Shown here in pieces: positions 1-9,724 of a stretch of DNA of 32,000 nucleotides; position 1 is the first letter of the stretch; each line of letters begins with the position of its first letter. The notes under the pieces were generated by a model. The model worked only from the letters and a program-made list of their open reading frames with translations, was not told where the DNA came from and did no database searches. The DNA lies in NCBI GenBank assembly GCA_041662745.1, contig JBAZRV010000004.1, forward strand, positions 90,001 through 122,000, given 5' to 3'. The position numbers were made by a program, and so were the translations under genes. This DNA comes from Patescibacteria group bacterium. GTDB taxonomy: Bacteria; Patescibacteriota; Patescibacteriia; 2-01-FULL-39-33.

Positions 1-75
1 TTGTTTGCATATATTTGATTAAATTGCTTACTTATATATTATAGCATAAAAAAACACTAAGACAAGAAGCAAATA

Positions 76-106
76 TAAAAACCGCCGCAATCAGCGACGG
101 TTTTTT
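76..106 (-). terminator. Stem-loop terminator downstream of ftsH
   Basis: Hairpin ccgccgc-aatca-gcgacgg (82-100, one C.A mismatch) is flanked by A/T runs on both sides, 15 nt beyond the ftsH stop. Confidence 0.5.
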
Positions 107-120
107 AAAAAATGTCTTCA

Positions 121-1932
121 TTAAACGAATAACTTTTCAAATTCTTCCGACTCTATGGTTTCCTTTTCTATCAGCGTATTGGCGATCTTATCCAGATACT
201 CCCGTTTCTCGGTAACGACTTTTAAGGCCAGCTTGGCGGCCTCGTCCAGCAAACGGCTAATCTCTTTATCAATTTCTTCAGCGGTTCGGTCGGAATAATC
301 GCGCTCCTCGTGCAGCTCCCGGCCCAAAAAAATCAATTCTTCGCGTTCGCCGAAAGTCCGCAGTCCCAGTTTTTCGCTCATGCCGAAGTCCGAGATTAAA
401 CGGCGCGCCAGCTTGGTGGCCTGGCGCAGATCATTCTGATCGCCGGTAGTCACTTCGTTGAATACTTCTTCTTCAGCGATACGGCCGGCCAGCATTACCG
501 CCAAATCCTCTAGGAACTCACTCTTCGTATGAAGTTTTTTATCTTCTAATGGTAACTTTAAGGTATAACCGGCGGCGGAACCGCGGGCGATGATAGAAAC
601 TTTTCTGACCGGATCGGTGTTAGGCAACTCATGAGCGACCAAGGCATGACCGGCTTCATGATAAGCCGTAATCTTTTTCTCCTTATCATTCAAAATATGG
701 CTCTTGCGTTCCGGACCAAGCAAAACCTTGTCAATGCAGGATAAAATATCATTTTGGATTACCGATTTCTGATTGGTTAGGGCGGCTTTAATGGCTGCTT
801 CGTTCAAGAGATTCATTAAGTCGGCGCCGGAAAATCCCGGCGTGCGTTCCGCCACTTGGCGCAAATCCACATCCTTGGCCAAGGGTTTCTTCTTGGCGTG
901 GACTTTCATGATGGCTTCGCGATCATTGATGTCGGGCAAATCCAGAGTGACTCGGCGATCAAACCGGCCGGGCCGCAACAAGGCGGCGTCAAGGACATCG
1001 GGACGGTTGGTGGCGGCCATGACAATTACGTTGTCTGACGGTTCAAAACCGTCCATCTCGGTTAAAATCTGATTCAGGGTCTGTTCGCGTTCATCGTGCG
1101 ATCCGCCCAAACCGGCTCCGCGTTGGCGGCCGACAGCGTCAATCTCATCAATGAAGATAATGCATGGCGAATGTTTTTTGGCTTTCTTAAACAGGTCGCG
1201 GACGCGGGATGCGCCCACGCCGACAAACATCTCCACGAACTCCGAACCGGAGATGGAAAAAAACGGCACGTTGGCTTCGCCGGCTACAGCCTTGGCCAGC
1301 AAGGTCTTGCCGGTGCCGGGAGAGCCCAACAGCAGAACGCCCTTGGGAATAGTGGCGCCCATGGCCAAAAACTTTTTCGGGCTTTTCAGAAAATCCACAA
1401 CTTCCAATAATTCCTGCTTGGCCTCTTTAACGCCGGCCACGTCCTTGAAGGTAATCTTATTGTCTTTGTCCGGATTAAATTGCCGCGCGCCGCTTTGGCC
1501 GAAAGACATGGCTTTATTATTGGCGCCCGAAGCGGATTTTAGCATAAACCAGAAAAAGGCCAAAATTATAATGGCCGGAATAACGATAGGCAAAAGCGTG
1601 GCCAGCCAAAATTTCCAACCGGCTTCGTTCTTAATATTAATGGCGACTTGGCGAATCTTTTCCGGCGCCACATTATAGTTTTTCAGCATGGCGCTTAGGG
1701 ACTCCTCGGTCTCTTTCTGCACCATTAACTTGCTGCCGTCAGTCAGGATAACGGTTAAAGTATTGGACTCCACATCAATTGATTTGACGGTGTCACTTTC
1801 AATCGCGCTGACCAAAGTGGTAAAATCCGCTTCCTTGGGTTGACTTTGCTGGACTTGCAAGAAAGAAAAAACCACTAAGATGACGATAAAAATTCCGATA
1901 TAAATCAGGGTGTTTTTGGAAATATTTTTCAT
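121..1932 (-). CDS. ftsH: ATP-dependent zinc metalloprotease FtsH (603 aa)
   Basis: N-terminal TM segment. Walker A GSPGTGKT, Walker B IIFIDEID, second region of homology, and zinc motif HEAGHAL. Start trimmed from the 675-aa ORF to the ATG at 1932 (MKNISKNT...), just before the first TM helix. The upstream 72 codons are low-quality and run into the divergent gene. Confidence 0.95.
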   Translation of the reverse strand: MKNISKNTLIYIGIFIVILVVFSFLQVQQSQPKEADFTTLVSAIESDTVKSIDVESNTLTVILTDGSKLMVQKETEESLSAMLKNYNVAPEKIRQVAINIKNEAGWKFWLATLLPIVIPAIIILAFFWFMLKSASGANNKAMSFGQSGARQFNPDKDNKITFKDVAGVKEAKQELLEVVDFLKSPKKFLAMGATIPKGVLLLGSPGTGKTLLAKAVAGEANVPFFSISGSEFVEMFVGVGASRVRDLFKKAKKHSPCIIFIDEIDAVGRQRGAGLGGSHDEREQTLNQILTEMDGFEPSDNVIVMAATNRPDVLDAALLRPGRFDRRVTLDLPDINDREAIMKVHAKKKPLAKDVDLRQVAERTPGFSGADLMNLLNEAAIKAALTNQKSVIQNDILSCIDKVLLGPERKSHILNDKEKKITAYHEAGHALVAHELPNTDPVRKVSIIARGSAAGYTLKLPLEDKKLHTKSEFLEDLAVMLAGRIAEEEVFNEVTTGDQNDLRQATKLARRLISDFGMSEKLGLRTFGEREELIFLGRELHEERDYSDRTAEEIDKEISRLLDEAAKLALKVVTEKREYLDKIANTLIEKETIESEEFEKLFV

Positions 1933-1984
1933 AGGTTGTGAATAATTTGCTATAATTAACTTAGACGAATCATAACACATAACT

Positions 1985-2593
1985 ATGGCTAAGTCAAACA
2001 TTGCCGATGGAAAGATTGCCCGGCCGCTGGACGGCTTCTGGCGCGCCACTTTAATAAAGATTTTACCTGACTGGATCACTCCCGATGGATTGTCCTTGCT
2101 AAGATTGATTCTGATACCGGCCGTGCTCTTAGCTTTTGCTTTTGGCAATTTCTTGCTGGCGGTTATTCTATTTGCCTTAGCCGCTCTTTTGGACTCTGTT
2201 GACGGAGCGCTGGCCAGACAAAGAAATATTCATACCTCTTGGGGATTAATTATTGATCCTTTGGCTGATAAACTGCTGATTATGATGACAATCCTGTATT
2301 TGGCTTTAATTTTTCCCGCGCCCTGGCTGATCTTGGCGGTCTTCGGCTTAGAGACATTGCAACTTCTGGGCGCGGCCCTGGTCTTGAGCATCAGTAGCAG
2401 ACCGACGCTTAAAGCCAGCATCTTCGGCAAAACCAAAATGCTTCTGGTTTCCGTAACCGTAGTGCTGATTTTCCTTTGGTTGATTATTAACTGGTCCTGG
2501 CTTCTGGCTTTAACGATTATTTGCCTCTGGCTGACGATAATTTTGCAAGCTATGACTTGTTTGCATTATCTTTATCGGCTGGCCAAAAAATAA
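1985..2593 (+). CDS. CDP-alcohol phosphatidyltransferase family protein (202 aa)
   Basis: Signature D-G-x2-A-R-x8-G-x3-D-x3-D is present as DSVDGALARQRNIHTSWGLIIDPLADK. Polytopic membrane protein. Confidence 0.85.
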   Translation: MAKSNIADGKIARPLDGFWRATLIKILPDWITPDGLSLLRLILIPAVLLAFAFGNFLLAVILFALAALLDSVDGALARQRNIHTSWGLIIDPLADKLLIMMTILYLALIFPAPWLILAVFGLETLQLLGAALVLSISSRPTLKASIFGKTKMLLVSVTVVLIFLWLIINWSWLLALTIICLWLTIILQAMTCLHYLYRLAKK

Positions 2594-2602
2594 CTAAAAG
2601 AT

Positions 2603-2640
2603 AAAAAATATCTCCATTGAAACGGAGATATTTTTTGTTT
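2603..2640. terminator. Bidirectional stem-loop terminator between convergent genes
   Basis: aaaaatatctcc / ggagatattttt stem with an 8-nt loop, A-run on the 5' side and T-run on the 3' side. Lies between the 2593 stop (+) and the 2641 stop (-). Confidence 0.7.
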
Positions 2641-4752
2641 TTAGACCTCTATAATCACCGGCAAGATCATCGGGCGCTTCTCTGTTTTTTGAAACAGGAA
2701 TTTGCCGATTTCATTGCGCAGCTTTTCTTTCAGGTATTGATCGTCGGGGGCGGTTACCGGATTATTATCCTTAAGAATCTTCTTAATCTTAATCCGAGTC
2801 ATTTCAATCAGGCGCTTGTTCTCTTTCAAATAAACAAAACCGCGGGAAATAATATCGGGACTTTGGATCAATTCTCCGGTCTTGGCGTCCACAGTGGCGA
2901 TAATAACCAACATGCCGTCTTCCGCCAATTGCTGACGGTCGCGCAACACGATATTATTCATATCGGTAATGCCCAGGCCATCAACAAACACATAGGAAGC
3001 CGGGACTTTTTTGCTTAAGATGCCGGCGTTATTGCCGTCAAACTCAATGATACTGCCGTTATCCGGCACAAAAATCCTATTCGGACTGAAACCGATGTCT
3101 TGCGCCAGCTTGGCCGCCTCCTTCAGCATGTAATGATTGGCATAAGAAGGAATAAAATAATCCGGCTTAATGGATTTAAGCATGTAGGCGATATCCTCGC
3201 GATTGCCATGGCCGGACACGTGGATATCCATGATATTGCCATGGATAACATTGTCGCATTGGCGATACAGATTGTCTTTCAAACGCTGGATAGTCCGTTC
3301 ATTGCCCGGAATAACCGAAGAGGAAAGGATAACGGTATCGTTTTTACGCAATTTAACCGACTTGTCATTGCCGTCAATAATACGAGACAGGGCGGCGTTT
3401 CCTTCGCCTTGCGAACCGGTGCATAAAATAACGATTTTCTTTTCCGGATATTGATCAATATCCTCCACTCTGATAACCGAGTTTTTTTGGTATTTGATAT
3501 AACCTAACTTCTTGGCAATCTCCACGTTATTCTTCATGCTGTAGCCCATCAAGGCCACTTTCTTGTTGAGTTTTTCACAGGTAGCGATAATCCAACTGAT
3601 TCTTTCTATTTGGGAAGAAAAAGTGCCGATAATCATGCGGCCGGGAGCTTCCGTAATCAGCCGGGTAATATTTTTTTGCATTTCTTCAGTCGTGGCCGAT
3701 TCTCTGATATCAATAGCGCCTAATGACTCCAACATCAGAATGGTCGGGCGCGGCAGCTTGGCCAGATAATCATAGCCCAGCAGAGGCTTGCCGTTCTTAT
3801 CTTTCTCTAACGTCCAATCGCCGGGATGTATAACCGTGGCAACGGGCGTTTTGATGATTACGCCGACCGCATCCATAATGGAATGATCAATGGGGAAGAA
3901 AGAGATGTCAAAGGCGCCCAATTTCAAGCGGTCGCTGATTTTCTGCACCATAATGACTTTCAATTTTTTAGAACCGTCCTTTTTATAATCCTCAACGCGA
4001 TGTTTCACCAAAGCGATGGTTAGCGGCCGGCCGACAATAGTCGGATTACCCAGCTTCTCCAGCAATATCGGCGCCGCACCGATATGATCCAAGTGGCCAT
4101 GGGAAAAAATCACGCCCTTGACGTTTTTTTCTTTGCCTCTCAGATACTCAATATTGGGGATGATATAATCAATGCCCGGCATATCCTCTTCCGGAAACTG
4201 TATGCCCATATCCAAAATCACGATATCGTTTTTGTATTCAAATATCGTCATATTGCGGCCAACCTCTTCATAACCGCCGATCGGGATAATACGCAGCTTA
4301 TCGCTACCCTTGACTCCGGTCGCGGTTGCCGCAGCTGTTTGGCCGGTGCGTAAAGCGCCGGAACGCAAATCACGCACCAGGGGTTGGCGGAATTGTTCGC
4401 GCGCGGTTTTAATGGCAGTCTGCTGTTTCTGACGCGAGTCTCCTGCCTGATAATTGCCGGCCCTATCGCGTTTCGGCCAAAAACCCCCGGGCTTCTGTTG
4501 TTTCAAAGCGGCTTGTTTGGCTTGAACCGAACGATTGGCCGGCACATCCATGCCGCTCAACCATTGATCCAGGCTTAAGTTTTTTTTGTCCGCTTTTTCT
4601 TCAACCGGCTTGCCGGAAGATGTCGCTGCGGGACCGCGAAAAGCGCCGGAGGGCTTTCGTTGCGGTTTGTGCGATTTTTTCATGGCAGAAAATGCCGGCC
4701 CCTTGAATTCCTTCTTGGGCGCATTCCGCCTGTAGTTTGTACTACTATTCAT
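2641..4752 (-). CDS. rnj: Ribonuclease J (metallo-beta-lactamase/beta-CASP) with ~150-aa basic N-terminal extension (703 aa)
   Basis: LRIIPIGGYEEVGRNMT start of the RNase J core and HGHLDHIGA zinc motif, followed by a beta-CASP region and C-terminal domain. No in-frame Met lies between codon 1 and the core. Confidence 0.9.
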   Translation of the reverse strand: MNSSTNYRRNAPKKEFKGPAFSAMKKSHKPQRKPSGAFRGPAATSSGKPVEEKADKKNLSLDQWLSGMDVPANRSVQAKQAALKQQKPGGFWPKRDRAGNYQAGDSRQKQQTAIKTAREQFRQPLVRDLRSGALRTGQTAAATATGVKGSDKLRIIPIGGYEEVGRNMTIFEYKNDIVILDMGIQFPEEDMPGIDYIIPNIEYLRGKEKNVKGVIFSHGHLDHIGAAPILLEKLGNPTIVGRPLTIALVKHRVEDYKKDGSKKLKVIMVQKISDRLKLGAFDISFFPIDHSIMDAVGVIIKTPVATVIHPGDWTLEKDKNGKPLLGYDYLAKLPRPTILMLESLGAIDIRESATTEEMQKNITRLITEAPGRMIIGTFSSQIERISWIIATCEKLNKKVALMGYSMKNNVEIAKKLGYIKYQKNSVIRVEDIDQYPEKKIVILCTGSQGEGNAALSRIIDGNDKSVKLRKNDTVILSSSVIPGNERTIQRLKDNLYRQCDNVIHGNIMDIHVSGHGNREDIAYMLKSIKPDYFIPSYANHYMLKEAAKLAQDIGFSPNRIFVPDNGSIIEFDGNNAGILSKKVPASYVFVDGLGITDMNNIVLRDRQQLAEDGMLVIIATVDAKTGELIQSPDIISRGFVYLKENKRLIEMTRIKIKKILKDNNPVTAPDDQYLKEKLRNEIGKFLFQKTEKRPMILPVIIEV

Positions 4753-4908
4753 AAAATTCTAATTACACTCCTTAATATTTAATGTGCCAAAAAACAAAAA
4801 TGTCTTTTTAGCGAGCGACCGTGCGGTCGCTGAGAGTTAACCGCGTTAAATCCAGCTAAGCTGAAATTTTTCTGAAAGAAAAATAATTTAACGAAGCAAA
4901 TGTAATTG

Positions 4909-4992
4909 TGCCGACGGAGAGACTTGAACTCTCACGGCCTTGCGGCCACACGGCTCTGAACCGTGCGTGTCTACCAATTTCACCACATCGGC
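4909..4992 (-). tRNA. tRNA-Leu (anticodon CAG), class II with long variable arm, 84 nt, no encoded CCA
   Basis: Reverse complement is GCCGATGTGGTGAAATTGGTAGACACGCACGGTTCAGAGCCGTG...GAGAGTTCAAGTCTCTCCGTCGGCA. Acceptor stem, anticodon stem CACGG/CCGTG with loop TTCAGAG, and T-arm GTTCAAGTC are all present. Confidence 0.9.
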
Positions 4993-5055
4993 AAGAACAG
5001 AAACCTCAGTTTAATGAGGTAATTAATTAAGTGAGGTATAAAGCATTAATACTGT

Positions 5056-5084
5056 ATTATACAGCAAAAAAGGAAAAAAGTCAA
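5056..5084 (-). promoter_or_regulatory. Sigma70-type promoter for tRNA-Leu(CAG)
   Basis: The minus strand reads TTGACT (5084-5079), a 17-nt spacer, then TATAAT (5061-5056). This places it about 60 nt upstream of the tRNA 5' end. Confidence 0.6.
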
Positions 5085-5088
5085 GGGG

Positions 5089-6927
5089 TTAATGGCGCCA
5101 AGCGTATTTTACCCTAACATACCACTCGCTGACGTTAGCCAAGCGATCGCTGTAGCTGGCGATGGAAGTAACGTCAAAACCCTTTAGATTGCTGGACTGG
5201 GGATAGGTATAGGAGGGGCTATAAAGAAAAATCGCCGGCAATTGCTGGGAAATTATTTTTTGGAATTCCCAGTATTTTTCCTGCCTTTGGCCGTGATCCA
5301 AAATACGCCGCGCCGCCTCCAATAAAGCGTCAACCTTGCTATCGGAAAAAACCGCTAAATTAGATCCGGGATATTCATTCTGCGAAGAGTGCCAAAAGGC
5401 AAACGGATCGGGATCGGAAGACATGTTCTCCGAAAACAGCAGGATTTCGTAACGGCGATTGTTGATATTCTCTTGGATAATCTTATTCTTATCCACCGCC
5501 TCAATCGTGGTAATAATGCCTAACTGATCCCAAGATTCCTTGATAATCTTGGCGATAGCCAAATACTGCGGCTGGTCGGGAACGGTCAAAGTAAGACGCA
5601 ATTCATAATCTTTTTTCTGCAATACCTGCTCAATCATGCTATCGCCGGTGGAAGTAGCCACCAGCTTCCAGCCATTGGTTTGCAATAAAGCGGCGGCGGC
5701 TTCCAAATCGTAAGAATATTTCTTGATATCCGGGCTATTGTCAATGCCGGGAAGAATCGGCGCATCAATTATCTTGGCTTGGCCGCCGAACGCTTCCTTA
5801 ACCATTCGTTCCTTGTCCACAGCCAAAGCCAACGCTTGGCGGATATAATCCGCCTGAAGCAAGGCATTCTTCTTTTGATTGAAAAATATTGCGGCATATT
5901 GCGGCTGTTCCAACTCATGCATAACGATATTCTTATGGCGTTTCAAATCAGTCTGATTCTCCCGCGGCAAATAAGCCAAACCGTCCACGCTTTTGTTCTT
6001 TAGGGCGTCCAAAGCCGAATTAACATCGCCGTAGAATTTGAATACTAATTGTTTCAAGTAGGGTTTAGCGCCATAATAATCGGCATTGGCCGATAGCGTA
6101 TAAGATTTAATTACGCCGCTTTTGTCTTTTTTAAAACTCTCCACCTCCCAGGGACCGGTGCCAACGGGCTTCTTGTTCAACTCATTCAAATCGGCATTGG
6201 CTGGCGGAATATTATACCATAAATGTTCGGGCAGAATGCCGAAGGTCAGCATACTGGCAAACGGCGCAAACGGCTCTTTGAGCGTAAACTTCAGGGTATA
6301 ATCGTCAATCTTTTCCGCCACCACTCCGCGGAAACTTTTGGCTAAAGGGCTTTTAAATTCCGTATCCTGCAAAGAGGAAACGGTAAAAATAACATCATCG
6401 GCTTTGAAAGATTCACCGTCATGCCATTTAATATCTTGACGCAGATAAAAAGTATAAACCAAACCATCATTGGAAACCTCATAACGCTCGGCCAGATCCG
6501 GGGTCAACTGATGATTCTTGTCATAGGCCAGCAAAGAGGAAAAAATCAGCCGGCTCAAATCGCCGTCCACGCTATTGGTTTGAGATAGGATCGGATTAAT
6601 AAAACGCGGCGAACCGATCAATCCCTCCGAATACTCCCCGCCAACCTGCGGCAAGGGCACAGAAAAAATGACAAAAACCTTAAACGCCAAAAAAATAAAG
6701 CAAACAACGGCAACAGCGCTAAAAAAACGCAACTGCCTGTTTTCCGACGCTGATAAGAATTTGGGCAAATATTTGAAATGCTTCAAGCGCAAACGCCTGT
6801 TTACATTCAAGCCGAACAGAATCTTTCGGTCATAATGGTGCTGGCGCTTAAAGCGACGCAATTCCAAGTTTTGCCGATCAAAAAATCTCTCAACTTTCCT
6901 TCTGAGATTTTTAAATAAAAAATCCAC
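5089..6927 (-). CDS. ABC transporter substrate-binding protein, family 5 (peptide/nickel type), membrane-anchored (612 aa)
   Basis: YTFYLRQDIKWHDGESFKADDVIFT family-5 SBP signature region. N-terminal basic segment plus one TM helix. Length is typical of OppA/DppA-like proteins. Confidence 0.8.
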   Translation of the reverse strand: MDFLFKNLRRKVERFFDRQNLELRRFKRQHHYDRKILFGLNVNRRLRLKHFKYLPKFLSASENRQLRFFSAVAVVCFIFLAFKVFVIFSVPLPQVGGEYSEGLIGSPRFINPILSQTNSVDGDLSRLIFSSLLAYDKNHQLTPDLAERYEVSNDGLVYTFYLRQDIKWHDGESFKADDVIFTVSSLQDTEFKSPLAKSFRGVVAEKIDDYTLKFTLKEPFAPFASMLTFGILPEHLWYNIPPANADLNELNKKPVGTGPWEVESFKKDKSGVIKSYTLSANADYYGAKPYLKQLVFKFYGDVNSALDALKNKSVDGLAYLPRENQTDLKRHKNIVMHELEQPQYAAIFFNQKKNALLQADYIRQALALAVDKERMVKEAFGGQAKIIDAPILPGIDNSPDIKKYSYDLEAAAALLQTNGWKLVATSTGDSMIEQVLQKKDYELRLTLTVPDQPQYLAIAKIIKESWDQLGIITTIEAVDKNKIIQENINNRRYEILLFSENMSSDPDPFAFWHSSQNEYPGSNLAVFSDSKVDALLEAARRILDHGQRQEKYWEFQKIISQQLPAIFLYSPSYTYPQSSNLKGFDVTSIASYSDRLANVSEWYVRVKYAWRH

Positions 6928-7009
6928 GGTTAAAATTACAAATTATAACTAGCCTAACTATGACTGCCCGCAAGCTCGCGACCGTCAATCAATCGCCAGC
7001 TAAGCGCCG

Positions 7010-7219
7010 CTAATAAAGCGCGTTGAGCAGAGAAACCCCTAAAAAGATTATCGCAATAACGATAGTGGCGTTAAACAGCACTTGTTCCAAACCGCGCTTG
7101 GTCCTGTACACGTTGCCTTCGCCGCCAAAAGCCGCGCCCAAGCCGGTACCGCGATTCTGCAACAGGATTACTGCCACCAAAGCAACGGCGGAAATAAGCT
7201 GAATGACATCTAAAATCAT
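7010..7219 (-). CDS. secG: Preprotein translocase subunit SecG (69 aa)
   Basis: Two TM helices flank the LLQNRGTGLGAAFGG glycine-rich loop typical of SecG. Confidence 0.85.
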   Translation of the reverse strand: MILDVIQLISAVALVAVILLQNRGTGLGAAFGGEGNVYRTKRGLEQVLFNATIVIAIIFLGVSLLNALY

Positions 7220-7417
7220 ATTTAATACGTTTTAATATCTGGTTTTAAGCTGATTTAATACTATCATAAGCGGGACCAAAAGTCAAACCGAAAAAGCAAC
7301 GCCCAACGAACGATTTTCCTTAATCAGCTGGATTTATTACTGATTATTATGCTATAATAAAAAAGATAAAAAGAAGCATTTCCTAATTTATATTTGCCTT
7401 TTAATCTAACTTTTTCT

Positions 7418-9007
7418 ATGCCCCAAACCACAGGCGAAGCCGAATGGCTTTTACAGGCGCTAAAAAAGAATTACAGTCGCTCCGCGCCCAAGGATTCATC
7501 CAAAATAAAACTCAATCAGCTGATATCCAAATTGGGATTTTTTTACGAAAAAGTCAGAAACGCCATTGATTATAATGACGAACATTTGATCCGACGCAAT
7601 TCCCTGCGCCGGCTGATCACCAGGCAAATGAAATTCCTGGCCGAGCGAGATCCGGTTAAGATCGCCGAAACCGTAATTTTTGAATTCATTCGCGCCAAAT
7701 ACCTGCCCAACGATGCCCTGCCGGAAAGCGACATCGAGCAAACCGCGGCCGTTATCGCCAAATACCTGACGCTATTCAATCACCTGCAGAACCATCCGGT
7801 GGCGGAAACCAAAAAAATCAACGATTGGCTTTTGGATCTCCTGACTTGCGAAGTTGACGAATACCTTTTCCCCAACGGCCGGGATATGGCGATGGTTAAT
7901 TTCATGTACGGCGAAATGATCAAAAGCATTTCTTTCGTCAAAAGCTCCCTGGACGAAAAAGAACGCAATCTGCAAATCTACATTGCCGTCCTGAAAAACT
8001 TAATCAAGGCCGATCTGCCGCTGATCCGCTATTGGCTCGTCAAATTATACAATCCGCGCTGGAATTCCTTCACCCCCGACGATATTAAAAAATTCGCTCC
8101 CAATTTGGCCGCTGCCAGAAACAGCATTGAGTTGCATCTTAACCATTATTCCGGCTATCAGATAACGCAGATGATCAAGAAACAGGCCGTCTTCTTCCAA
8201 ATTCTCAGAGAAATCATTGAGCAGAGCGACGACGACATCCGAGAAACAATCAATGATGAGAATAAATTAGAAGAAAAAATCAGCGAGGTCTGCAACAAGA
8301 ACTACAAACGCATCCGCGGCAAACTGATCGGTTCAATCGTCCGCGTCATCATTTATATCCTGTTCACCAAGACTATTCTGGCTGTCATTTTGGAACTGCC
8401 CTACGACCAATTCATCGTCGGCCAGGTCAATTGGTATGCGCTCTTGATCAATATTGTTTTCCATCCCTGCCTGATGTTTGTCATCGCCATGTCCATCAAG
8501 GTGCCGGGACAAAAAAACACCCGGGTCATTATTGAGGAGATCAAAAAAATCATTTACGGCAGCGAACGCAAACTGGTTTATAAGCCGCGCAAACTGTTGC
8601 GTCGCGGCTCCTTCACCTTTATTTTCTTCAACGCCATCTACTTAGTCATGTTCGGCATCTCCTTTGGCGCCGTAGTCGCGGTTTTGCATCGTTTGGACTT
8701 TAACCTGCTTTCCGGCGCGCTGTTCATCTTCTTCTTGACTCTTGTTTCCTTTTTCGGCTTCCGCCTGCGCAATTTTGCCAATCAATTCCTGGTCGTGCCC
8801 CGCAAAGAAAACCTGTGGAATTTCCTGTTAGACTTTTTCTCCTTGCCGATCATCCGCGCCGGCAAATTCTTTTCCACTAATTTTTCCAAAATCAACGTTT
8901 TTTTATACATCCTGGATTTCATCATTGAAACGCCGTTCAAAATGTTAGTGGAATTGCTGGAGAAAGCGCTGTCATTCATCGGTGAAAAACGAGAAGAAAT
9001 ATCTTAA
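7418..9007 (+). CDS. Hypothetical polytopic membrane protein (529 aa)
   Basis: Long ORF with a ~300-aa soluble N-terminal part followed by several TM helices. Start moved to the first ATG (7418), because the track start at 7394 is TTG. No family recognised with confidence. Confidence 0.7.
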   Translation: MPQTTGEAEWLLQALKKNYSRSAPKDSSKIKLNQLISKLGFFYEKVRNAIDYNDEHLIRRNSLRRLITRQMKFLAERDPVKIAETVIFEFIRAKYLPNDALPESDIEQTAAVIAKYLTLFNHLQNHPVAETKKINDWLLDLLTCEVDEYLFPNGRDMAMVNFMYGEMIKSISFVKSSLDEKERNLQIYIAVLKNLIKADLPLIRYWLVKLYNPRWNSFTPDDIKKFAPNLAAARNSIELHLNHYSGYQITQMIKKQAVFFQILREIIEQSDDDIRETINDENKLEEKISEVCNKNYKRIRGKLIGSIVRVIIYILFTKTILAVILELPYDQFIVGQVNWYALLINIVFHPCLMFVIAMSIKVPGQKNTRVIIEEIKKIIYGSERKLVYKPRKLLRRGSFTFIFFNAIYLVMFGISFGAVVAVLHRLDFNLLSGALFIFFLTLVSFFGFRLRNFANQFLVVPRKENLWNFLLDFFSLPIIRAGKFFSTNFSKINVFLYILDFIIETPFKMLVELLEKALSFIGEKREEIS

Positions 9008-9013
9008 AAACAT

Positions 9014-9664
9014 ATGAAATTCAATCTTAAATCGGAAATAATTCCCTGGCTGCTAATCATAGCCAGCAGCATCGCCGCCATTTATTTTTATTTCAATTTC
9101 CCCACCGTCGTGGCCACGCATTGGAATTTTTCCGGCCAAGCCGACGGATTTTCCGGGCGCGGCTTCGGCGCTTTTTTCCTGCCGGTACTGGTCATTATCT
9201 TTTATTTGTTTATGACCCTGTTGCCCTACTTGGATCCCAAAAAGGAACGCTACCAGGAATTCTTCGGCCCCTACCTGGGGTTTAGAACGGTTTTAATCCT
9301 TCTTTTCGTGTTCTTGCAATTCATTACCGGTTTTTACAATCTCGGCTACAAGCTTAATATCGGCCTTGCCGTAGCTTGGCTGATCGGACTCTTAATGCTG
9401 TATATCGGCTGGCTGATGCCAAAAATAAAAAGCAACTGGTTTGTCGGCATTCGCACCCCCTGGACCTTAAGCTCGGAAAACGTCTGGAACAAAACCCACG
9501 CCCTCGGCCGCTGGCTGTTTGTGATTTTCGGCCTGGATCTTATTTTGATGCCTTATCTGCCGGAGACCTGGGCGATTACGGCCTTCATCTTGGGACTCGC
9601 AATTCTGCTGCTGGGCAGTTTCGGCTACTCCTATTGGTTATATCGGCAAGAGAAAAAATCCTAA
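9014..9664 (+). CDS. SdpI/YhfL-like membrane protein (DUF1648 plus SdpI-type, 216 aa)
   Basis: N-terminal TM followed by HWNFSGQADGF (DUF1648-like), then several further TM helices. Starts 6 nt after the preceding gene. Confidence 0.6.
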   Translation: MKFNLKSEIIPWLLIIASSIAAIYFYFNFPTVVATHWNFSGQADGFSGRGFGAFFLPVLVIIFYLFMTLLPYLDPKKERYQEFFGPYLGFRTVLILLFVFLQFITGFYNLGYKLNIGLAVAWLIGLLMLYIGWLMPKIKSNWFVGIRTPWTLSSENVWNKTHALGRWLFVIFGLDLILMPYLPETWAITAFILGLAILLLGSFGYSYWLYRQEKKS

Positions 9665-9724
9665 TTTTTCGTCATTGCGAGCGTAGCGCGGCAATCTCTT
9701 TTACCGTCCTACTCGCTTTTTTCT

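Noticed and set aside
773-1678. Several 60-175-aa + strand ORFs inside ftsH, with similar sets inside rnj, pilT, the kinase gene and others
   Set aside because: They are antisense shadow ORFs within strongly supported genes, and none has a ribosome-binding site or recognisable motifs.
1933-2148. 72-codon N-terminal extension of the ftsH ORF in the track
   Set aside because: It overlaps the divergent phosphatidyltransferase gene start and has odd composition. The ATG at 1932 sits right before the first TM helix, as in other FtsH proteins.
4800-4860. Hairpin gcgacc-gtgc-ggtcgc downstream of tRNA-Leu(CAG), considered as a terminator
   Set aside because: The stem is only 6 bp and there is no adjacent T-run on the relevant strand, so it was not reported as a feature.
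9670-9698. Intergenic string cgtcattgcgagcgtagcgcggcaatctc, which resembles a short sequence I have seen recurring in intergenic regions of various environmental bacterial genomes
   Set aside because: There is only one copy in this window, only a short imperfect hairpin (attgc/gcaat), and I cannot verify the recollection without a search. No claim is made.
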